Assembly: GCA_031973055.1 (NCBI GenBank)
Contig: DALYDS010000001.1
Location: forward strand, 1-48,147
Source of the DNA: a bacterium
GTDB taxonomy: Bacteria > Patescibacteriota > Gracilibacteria > BD1-5 > JAGOOR01
Length of the DNA stretch: 48,147 bases
Reading direction: 5' to 3'
This document shows, one piece after another, positions 1 through 8,600 of this stretch. The translations under genes and the position numbers were made by a program. Each line of letters starts with the position of its first letter. Positions within the stretch are counted from its first letter, which is position 1. Under the pieces are notes generated by a model. It saw nothing but the letters and a program-made list of their open reading frames with translations, had not been told where the DNA came from and ran no database searches.

Positions 1-1466
1 TGTTTTTCGTATTCAGCGTATTTGCGCTCAAAAGCAGAACCATAGATGTGGTGGAGTTCAGGAACATCTGATGGAGAGAAGAGAGTCCAGTCGCCATCTT
101 CTTGTACGCGTTTCATAAAGAGATCAGGAATCCATGCTGCTGTATTCATATCGTGTGTACGACGACGCTCATCACCAGTATTTTTGCGGAGTTCTGAGAA
201 GTCTGGGAAGTCGAGATGCCAACACTCGATGTACGCACAGAGTGCACCTTTTCGCTTACCACCTTGATTGACGGCTACAGCTGTATCGTTGGCGATTTTG
301 AGGAATGGGATAACACCCTGAGATTCACCGTTTGTTCCTTTGATTTTTGAGCCTGTTGCACGGATATTAGTCCAGTCATTTCCGAGACCTCCTGCCCATT
401 TACTGAGCTGTGCATCATCTGCGATGAGCTTGAAAATCGAATGAAGATCATCATCAACGGTTGAGAGATAACAAGAAGAGAGTTGGCTTCGTTTTGTCCC
501 TGAGTTGAAGAGTGTCGGAGTCGAGCTGACGAAATGAAGTTGTGAGAGTTGATTGTAAAATTGGATTGCCCATTTTTCTTTGTCTGCTTCTTTTTTTGCG
601 AGGCCCATCGCGACACGCATCCAGAATGCTTGTGGGAGTTCTCGACGATTTTTCTCGTGGTGGATGAAGTATCGGTCGTAGAGATTCTGAACTGAGAGGT
701 AGGTGAGGATATTGTCTCGATCTGGGTCAATTGCTTCTGCGAGCTTATCGAGATCGTAACTCATGAGGTCAGCAGAGAGATGATCTGTTTCGACGAGAAA
801 TTTTACATTGTATTTGAATGCCTCACGGTAACACTTGGTAAATCCTGCATTTTTCATATCAGAAGAACCGATGAGCTCTTTGTAGTAACTCATGAGGAAG
901 AGTTTCGCTGCAGCGTATGAGTATTGAGGATCTTGTTCGATGTAACTCTTGGCAGTCATGATAGTCGCCTGAGAAATATCACGAGATTGGATACCATCAA
1001 AAATGTTCGTATGGAAATTGCTAACCAATAAATCAATATCGATAGCCTTGTGTCCATTTGCAGCGAGCTCGAAGACACGACGAACTTTTGCCATATCAAA
1101 TGCTTCGATACGACCATCACGTTTCTGGATTTTGAGTGTCTGTTTTTCGATTTTTTCTTCGACGACTTCGTTGCGCTCTTCGATACGCTTCTGACGGTAG
1201 GTAATATAGTGTTTTGCTATTTCATAACGACCAGAACGCATGAGATGGAGCTCGACAGCATCCTGGATATCCTCCACGCTTGGGACGTATTCTGTCCCTC
1301 CAAATCGAGTCTGGAGAGCGAGAATAATCTCGGTTGTAATCTGTGGGATAAAGTTGATATCATTATGACCAATAGCGATACAAGCCTGCTCAACAGCATT
1401 TTCGATGCGAGAGCGGTCAAAAGGAACAAGCTCGTTATTGCGCTTGCGGATGGAATCGAGAGTCAT
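1..1466 (-). CDS. ribonucleotide reductase large (alpha) subunit with N-terminal ATP-cone; C-terminus lies beyond the window edge
   Basis: The minus frame is open from ATG (1464-1466) to position 1. Translation begins MTLDSIRKRNNELVPFDRSRIENAV (ATP-cone). It continues ...WAGGLGNDWTNIRATGSKIKGTNGESQGVIPFLKIANDTAVAVNQGGKRKGALCAYIECWHLD...RRRTHDMNTAAWIPDLFMKRV, which are RNR catalytic-barrel motifs. The gene is missing from the ORF track because it is edge-truncated. Class (Ia versus II) was not resolved. Confidence 0.85.
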   Translation of the reverse strand, partial: MTLDSIRKRNNELVPFDRSRIENAVEQACIAIGHNDINFIPQITTEIILALQTRFGGTEYVPSVEDIQDAVELHLMRSGRYEIAKHYITYRQKRIEERNEVVEEKIEKQTLKIQKRDGRIEAFDMAKVRRVFELAANGHKAIDIDLLVSNFHTNIFDGIQSRDISQATIMTAKSYIEQDPQYSYAAAKLFLMSYYKELIGSSDMKNAGFTKCYREAFKYNVKFLVETDHLSADLMSYDLDKLAEAIDPDRDNILTYLSVQNLYDRYFIHHEKNRRELPQAFWMRVAMGLAKKEADKEKWAIQFYNQLSQLHFVSSTPTLFNSGTKRSQLSSCYLSTVDDDLHSIFKLIADDAQLSKWAGGLGNDWTNIRATGSKIKGTNGESQGVIPFLKIANDTAVAVNQGGKRKGALCAYIECWHLDFPDFSELRKNTGDERRRTHDMNTAAWIPDLFMKRVQEDGDWTLFSPSDVPELHHIYGSAFERKYAEYEK

Positions 1467-1534
1467 ACGACAACTTTATTAGGAATTAAGGAGGAAAAAT
1501 GAAAAGTTTTTTGGTTGGTAGAAAAATCGACCAA

Positions 1535-1582
1535 ACACAATATCTTGTGTCCGATATTTATATTCAGACACTATATCTAGTC
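1535..1582 (-). promoter_or_regulatory. two NrdR-box-like 16-bp palindromes overlapping the RNR promoter
   Basis: acacaatatcttgtgt (1535-1550) and gacactatatctagtc (1567-1582) resemble the NrdR box acaCwAtATaTwgtgt. Their centres are 32 bp apart. They are interleaved with a minus-strand TTGACT (1579-1584) -N16- TATAAA (1557-1562) promoter, 69-116 nt upstream of the nrd ATG. Confidence 0.6.
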
Positions 1583-1706
1583 AAATGATTTTGTGTGAGT
1601 TTTTCAAAAACCCGCCTCAAAAGCACCTGAGTGCGAATACATTTTTTGTGCAAGCAATTTTGGGAGAAAATTTCTTGCATTTTTCCTAGGAGTTTTGGAC
1701 TAAATA

Positions 1707-2909
1707 TTATTCCGCTTCAGAATAAGCAAAACCAGCCTTTTTTATCAAAAGTGGTACTTGTTTTACGAGCGCTGCCGCTCATTCAAATTCTATACGAGCT
1801 GTCGTCGATGGACCAAAACTTTTATGGTGGACAATGTCGCCCAGATTCAGCCCTGAGGGCAACATACTTAATAATCTCAGCAATGCTCCTTCTCTATTTG
1901 GAAATATGACATCAAAAGTTGCCTTCTCTCATTTAAAATTCTCAGCTAAGCTCAGAGCTTCAGCCCACATCTCAGGTGAGACACAACGACCAGAGACGAC
2001 TGTCGCTACACTACCACGCAACTTCTGCGAAATCATATGGACTCCAGCGAGTCCGAGAGCTCCTGCTGGCTCGACAACTTGTCCTGCATCGTGGAAATCG
2101 AGCATGGTCCGTGCTACGAGTCACTCTGGAGCCAGGACAATCTCGGCTCATGATCTTCGTACAACATCAAATGTATTTTTCCCCACTTGTGCGACAGCGG
2201 CTCACCCGACAAACCTATCAACATGTTTCAGTGCAATATTTTTCCCATGATTGAGAGCGTGGGTCATACTCGGTGCCCCCTGTGGCTCTACACCGATAAT
2301 AGTCGCACTACTCCCGAGAGCATCACGAGCCATGATGCCTCCAGTCATGAGTCCACCGCCACCAGCGGGATAGACGAGATTATGTATCCTCGGATTTTCT
2401 TGGAGTATTTCTGCGGTTACCGTTGATTGACCGACGATAACATCACGATCATTGAATGGATGGACAAAGACAGCCTGATTCGATTGCTGGTATTTTTTGG
2501 CTGCCTTTTGTGCTTCATCGAAATAATCACCGACGAGTCGTACTTCGACATATTGCCCACCGAATTCTTTTACTCGACGGATTTTCATAGGATCCGTCGT
2601 ACGCGGCATATAGATAATTCATTGAGTTTCCATGAGTTTACAAGCATAAGCAACTCACTGAGCATGATTACCAGCCGATGCACAGACGACTCATCTCTTC
2701 CTCTGTTCGGGAGAGAGCTGAGATATAGCATACAGAGCTCATCGTATCTTATAAGAGCCTATCTCATTTGTATCTTCGCGTTTCCCGAGAACTATACCAT
2801 GTTGGTACGATATGAGATGCTGGAGAGATGTCAGTGGAGTATTTCCTATGCTATGCTCTCGTAATACTGACTGTGCTCGCTCTATTTCGGGACGTGTGAT
2901 AGTTTTCAT
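1707..2909 (-). CDS. ilvA: threonine ammonia-lyase (threonine dehydratase), PLP-dependent, with C-terminal ACT-like regulatory domain
   Basis: 400-codon frame in table 25 from ATG 2907-2909 to TAA 1707-1709, with 7 in-frame UGA. Motifs: GSYKIR[G]ALYAI, VVCASAGNHAQ[G]VAYAC, YPAGGGGLMTG, VEPAGALGLAG. The track shows only the 2202-2609 fragment. Confidence 0.85.
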
Positions 2910-2920
2910 AAAAAAAGAAT

Positions 2921-2946
2921 AAAAAAAACCTCTGCAGATGCAGAGG
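2921..2946 (-). terminator. intrinsic terminator/attenuator 12 nt upstream of the ilvA start codon
   Basis: The minus RNA reads CCUCUGCAUCUGCAGAGG followed by U8 (hairpin 2929-2946, U-run 2921-2928). Confidence 0.7.
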
Positions 2947-2972
2947 CGAGAAAATATGATGACAAGAAAATA

Positions 2973-3029
2973 TTATCCCTCTGCGTGATGCGAAGCGATA
3001 ATAATAATCATGTTTTGACGAGATGTCAT
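2973..3029 (-). promoter_or_regulatory. Ile-rich leader peptide ORF (MTSRQNMIIIIASHHAEG, or MIIIIASHHAEG from the second ATG at 3011)
   Basis: atg aca tct cgt caa aac atg att att att atc gct tcg cat cac GCA GAG Gga taa. The GCAGAGG just before the stop duplicates the 3' arm of the downstream terminator and can pair with its 5' arm CCUCUGC, forming an antiterminator. Confidence 0.55.
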
Positions 3030-3065
3030 AGAAAGAGTGTAATCGTCTGTAGAAAAAATCAAGAT

Positions 3066-4043
3066 TTATTCGTCAAAAATACCAGAAATACCAGCGCATA
3101 TTTCCGCGCAGCGAGTTCGTATATCATCTATCACTCCTGGATATATCACGCGAGGCTGTCTCGATGTAGCATCGAGTGCGGCCAATATTCATAGTATCTG
3201 AAGTACTACAAATCATACCACTATCTTCATCGTAGAGCTCGGAGCATTATGATATTTTCGTACACTATTTTCATCAGACATAATACGTGGACCGAACCAA
3301 TCACCCTCGGGAAGTGTTTTGTCGTCTATGGCACACCTGAGCGATTCATGAGCACAATGAAAAATCCGATCTATCTGATCTCAAAAAGGAAGCAATGCTG
3401 GCATTTCACGGATATCTGATACATGTAATGGTGTTCCTCAGAAAATCACAAATGCATCAAACAATCTCTGCCAACCGATATTTTCACATGCTTGTCCAAA
3501 TGCGTCACGTTGGGTTGGAGTCAATCACCAGACTGGATTATCGAGGAGATTTGCCATCAGGAGATTGTTCGCGTCACCCTGAAATGGTTGCAGAAGGTCG
3601 ATACAATATAACATCTTGAACTCTCGCTTATACCGCGACATATTTGCATCAAATGAATGGTACATATCCCATCGTTTTTGTAAGTCTGGAAATGAGAGAA
3701 GACTATATCCTCTCTCCTCCAACCAACCCAGAAATTCCTGAGAGAAAAATCTGGTATATGATACTATATCATGTGTATAGTTTTCTGTGTGAGTACGGTA
3801 GTATTCGGATGCTTGTCGTAGAGAAGGTAGCGATAAAAAGAAACGCTGGTGTTGCTGATACTGCGGAAAGTGACTACGAGTATTCCAACGATGTTCTAAT
3901 TCATCAAATGACAACCGTTCCATCCCGTGTTTTCGTAAAAATACAAACGTCTCTGGGAAGAATAATTCATAATCGAGGATATCATCCGCTGGTTTTTCAA
4001 AAGAAACATTCGGCCCATTATCACGTAATTCAAAATCTTCCAT
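3066..4043 (-). CDS. hypothetical protein (325 aa in table 25)
   Basis: Track ORF 3525-4043 ends at TGA. The same frame stays free of TAA/TAG for a further 152 codons to TAA 3066-3068, crossing 6 UGA. It has an internal repeat of an 'LSF.ELE.RW' type segment. I recognise no family. Confidence 0.55.
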
Positions 4044-4048
4044 GGAAA

Positions 4049-4381
4049 TTACTGTTGTTTATCCTGTGCTTCTAATTCTCTCATCTGGTCAGGAGTGACC
4101 TGAATTGCTTTTGGTACATCGTCTGGTTGTACGAGTTCGATAATTCGTTTGATGTCGTGTTCTATTTTTCCAAAATTAATATAGCTACGCTTCACTGCCA
4201 CTCCAGACAAAATCGCTGTCAAAACCAGTGCAAAAGTCATCGTCCAATAGCTCGTGCCCTGACGATTATTGTTCGAAATATGTTGCGTGCGAGTAGTGTG
4301 GTGATGTATGTGCTGTGGGGTATTGTCTGCAACTTGTTTTTGTTCCAATGCGCTTATTCTAGATTCAAACATATCATTCAT
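4049..4381 (-). CDS. hypothetical single-pass membrane protein; true N-terminus uncertain (frame open upstream to about 4555)
   Basis: ORF-track product has a hydrophobic helix YWTMTFALVLTAILSGVAV and ends at TAA 4049-4051. The upstream in-frame sequence ...RYYTLWEYLYEYAHDVIKENIQQEDENEDEDG looks coding. Confidence 0.5.
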   Translation of the reverse strand: MNDMFESRISALEQKQVADNTPQHIHHHTTRTQHISNNNRQGTSYWTMTFALVLTAILSGVAVKRSYINFGKIEHDIKRIIELVQPDDVPKAIQVTPDQMRELEAQDKQQ

Positions 4382-4938
4382 ATCGTTTCTCCCATCTTCA
4401 TCTTCATTTTCATCCTCTTGTTGAATATTTTCTTTAATAACATCATGGGCGTATTCGTAGAGATACTCCCAGAGTGTATAGTATCTTCATCACGCTCTAC
4501 CTCGAAGACTCCTCATTTTCCCGCTATCCATATATCATATAAATGTATACACCCTAGCTGAGTAAATACTGACTCAAGACGAGAAAATAATTCAGGGGTG
4601 AGTTGCACTTTTGGCTTTTTACTTGGAAGCCAATCTGTTCATAAAAAAACTTTTCCGAGGCGCACATTTGCTTCGTCTGTGTAGTGTCCTGATACAGTTA
4701 AAATGTTCGTAATCAAATCCTCAGCTTTTGGATATCCCCCGTGTATCTTGAGTTCTTCGTGCAAATCCTCGAGAGTAAGCTTATCCCACCCATTCTGTTC
4801 AAATTGGAGTCTAAAGACCTCCGGTATAAGACGAGACCAGCGCTGGACATCGGTAATGGCATCTTCTCGTAAGCCAGAATCAAGTTGTGTTGCTCCAGTA
4901 TTCATTTCGGTATTATGCAAATTTTTACTATTAGTCAA
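4354..4938 (-). CDS. hypothetical protein; 3' boundary uncertain
   Basis: Track ORF 4639-4938 ends at TGA. In table 25 the frame continues (GTDWLPSKKPKVQLTPELFSRLESVFTQLGCIHLYDIWIAGK...) to TAA 4354-4356. This overlaps the neighbouring frame by about 190 nt, and the last roughly 50 codons look non-protein-like (KMKMKMKMG). Confidence 0.4.
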
Positions 4939-4990
4939 TTCTCTTTTTAGATAAGCAGGAATCGACAGTTAGTAATTGATATATTTGTGC

Positions 4991-5605
4991 CTAATCCGTT
5001 GTCGCTACTTTGATACCAAGCACCACAAGCGCCCCTCAGAAAAATTTGTTGAAGAATCCCTGAAATCGCTCAAACACACGACGGACACGCGGGATTGTGA
5101 GAACGGTCGCGACAAAACCAAACCAGAGGAATGTCTGTACCACACACCAGACACCTATCGCGAGTTGTATCCACATCGGTGTCGATGGTGAGATGATGAG
5201 TGTAAATGCACTGAGAAAAAAGAGAGTTGCTTTGGGATTCAGAGCATTCGTGAGAAAGCCCATTTTCACCGCCTGAAATGCTGAAATCATATGCTTGTGT
5301 TTGTGGGCATCGATATGTATCGTCGTATGCTTCGCTCTCCATGACTGGATACCGATATAGATGAGATAGAGAGCTCCGAGCCATTTCATGATATTGAAGA
5401 GCATGATAGACTGTGAAATAATCACCGCAATACCAGCTATACAATAGGTCATATGAACAGCGATTCCTCCGCTAAAACCGAGAGCCGTCCAGAGTCCCAT
5501 CTTGCGTGAATACGCGAGACTATTTCGTGCACAGAGGATAAAATCTGGACCAGGACTAATGAGAGCCAGGAGATGAAGAAGTCCTACCGTGATAATAAGA
5601 GACAT
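4991..5605 (-). CDS. LysE/RhtB-family amino-acid exporter
   Basis: MSLIITVGLLHLLALISPGPDF... is a typical LysE N-terminus. The track ORF stops at TGA 5036. Table 25 adds GGALVVLGIKVATTD up to TAG 4991-4993, restoring the usual last transmembrane helix. Confidence 0.8.
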
Positions 5606-5609
5606 AAAA

Positions 5610-8600
5610 TTATTTTGTAAGACTTATGTTAACCACAAAACCTTCATCGAGTTCGACTTCTTTCGCACCTCCTTCATTTTTCATACCAATAGTACAGAGT
5701 GTTTCTTTCTCAATCATACTCTGATGTTTTTCCAGAATCTTACCAAGCATATCATTGTCTGAAGTAAGAGCGAGTTGGAGCCTGTCCATTACTTGGAATC
5801 CGAGTTCTTTTCGAGCGTCCTGAATACCACGAATCATGTCACGAGCGTAGCCCTCAAAGGTAAGTGCTTCGTCGAGCGTTGTATCGAGACCAATGACATA
5901 ACCAGCACTACCAGCAAAGGCGATTGTTGAACCAGATTTTGGTGTGTAAACTGCCTCAAATTCATCGGCTGCGAGAATAACAACTCCATTTGGTGCTTCT
6001 GGGACCGTGAGCTCAAGAGTTCCTTCTGGAGTTAAGTTTCCCTTCCCTGCTTTTGCGTCCGCGATAATCGTTTTCATCCACTGTTTTCTCTCGGTCGCTC
6101 CGATTTTTTTCGCATCTGGAGAATAGGTAATCGTGACGTAGTCTGAGACATCACCTACGCTGTGTATTTCCTTCACGTTTAATTCTTCAGCCAGCGTCTC
6201 ACGTGCACTATCATCGAGAGAGAGTGTTATCGTCGCTGCTCGAAGTGGTTGTCGGACACGGAGTTTCTCACGACCACGAATCGCGAGACCGAGATTCGTG
6301 AGATTTTGGAGGTCTGTCATTTTCTGATTTACGTCGAGATTGATGAGCTTTTTGTTTACTACTGGGAAATCCGTGAGGTGCACTGAATCCGTCGTATTCA
6401 TGAGATTCTGATAGAGATGCTCAGTGATAAATGGACAGATAGGTGCGAGGAGTTTGGTCATCGTGACGAGGACTTCATGAAGTGTCTCGTACGCACTCTT
6501 CTTATCTGCATCGAGTTCACTTCTCCAGAATCGACGACGATTACGTCGGATATACCAGTTATTGAGACCATCGAGGAAGACCATGATAGCATCACAGGTT
6601 TTCTGGAGATCATAAGCGTCCATTGAAATTCTCGTGTCTTGAATCAATGTATGGAGACGAGAAATAATCCAGGTATCGAGTTCGTGAGTTTTTGGAGTTG
6701 AATAATCCGTGAATTCCCATCCGTCGATATTGGCATAAGTGGCAAAGAAGGTGTACGAATTCCAGAGTGGAAGCAATACACGTTTGATTGATTCTTGAAT
6801 ACCTGCTTCTGAGAACGTCATATCTTCGCCCTTCATCAGCGTCCCACCCATGAGGTAAAAACGAATGGCATCTGCACCATATTTCTCAATCGTTTCACGA
6901 GGATCTGGATAATTGCCGAATGATTTACTCATCTTACGTCCATCAGTTCCGTTGATGACTCCTGTCACTGCCACATTTTTGAAGGCTGGTGATCATTTGA
7001 CCATCACACCAATCGCGTGCATCACATAAAACCACGCACGAATCTGCCCCGTGTATTCTGCGATGAAATCCGCTGGGAAACTCGCCTCCATCTTCTCTTG
7101 ATTTTCAAATGGGTAATGCACTTGCGCATACGGCATCGAAGCACTATCCATCCACACATCGAGGACTTCGGGGATGCGACGGAGTGGAGCACCGTGGAGG
7201 ATGACGCCAGTGATAAGTTGGGAATATTCGACATTGAAATGTCCCGCACCATTAATAGTCACACATTTCCCACCTGTTGCCTCTGCGACATTTTTCCCAG
7301 AAGTATGTGGAACACCGGGATCATCTTCACAATTGATAACAATGATTTCGTCGACATGATTTCGTAACTCTTCAAAAGTATAAGTAAATTGTTCTTGTTC
7401 AACTTTTACCAAAGCTCCTCGAGTACTTGCTTCGTATCGAGGTGCAACGAGAATCATTTTTTTGACATGAAGTCAGTGAGAGATGATATATTGTCTCGCT
7501 GTTTTTGCACCCATAGAGTGTGTCACCCACGTATCATAGCTCGCGATATCGAGACCGTCAAAGACCTTTTCCCAATTTTTGTAGTCTACAGCTTCGCCCT
7601 TCTCAAAAAATGGAGCGTCCATATGAATACCTTCTCTTGCAAGAACTTCTTTGGTTTTCTCAAAGAAATCAACAACATTGCCATGTTTATTATATCCATG
7701 AACGCCGAGTACTTTTTTTGGTTTTTCTGATGTTCCTGGGAGAAATACGCGGTCAATATACGGTCTATGGAGATTGATTTCTTTACCGGTATTGTTGTCG
7801 AGATAGAGCGGAATTGCTGTCGCTTTTGATGGAAGAGGTATTCCTTTTCAGAAATATTTTTTGCCAGATAAATGTTCGAGGATGAGTGCTATTTGGTCAG
7901 CATGGCTCACAACAATAACTGTTTTTCCTGGATATTTCTTTGAGATGTCAGTAATAAAATCCTTCATACGGACCAAAATATCATTGGCAGATTCACCACC
8001 TCCTGAAAATCTAAAGTCTCTATCCGTGAGATATTTATCATGTGCCTCGTCGTATTGTGACTGAATTTCTTTACGTATTTTTTGATCCATATCTCCCAAA
8101 AATACTTCTCGCAGACGATCATCATACTCTATATCGAGTTTGCAAAATTGATTGATTATTTCTGCCGTTTCCTGGGTACGTGCAAATGGAGAAGAAAAAA
8201 TAGCATCGATTGATTCTGATGTGAGACTTTCGCCAACTTTTTCCGCATCTGCCTTTCCTTTATCGGTCAGAGGAAGTCGTGGCTTATCACTTCCATCGAT
8301 AATACCGAGCGTATTTTTGAGACTCTCACCATGACGAACAAAGATAAATTTGGTTATCTGCCCAAGTGGTTTATTTCTCTGATACAATTCTTCGCGAGAA
8401 TCAATAACGACACGCTCGCTTCCATCAGTATTTTGCCATACTGGCATCGGCGTTCCCCAAAAACGAGAACGAGAGATACACCAATCTGGAGCAGATTCGA
8501 GAGATTTCAGGAATCGTCCGTGCTTGAAGTGATCTGGGAACCAATTGATAGATTCGTTCTGTGCGATGAGTTCTGATTTAATTCTCTGGATATCGATAAA

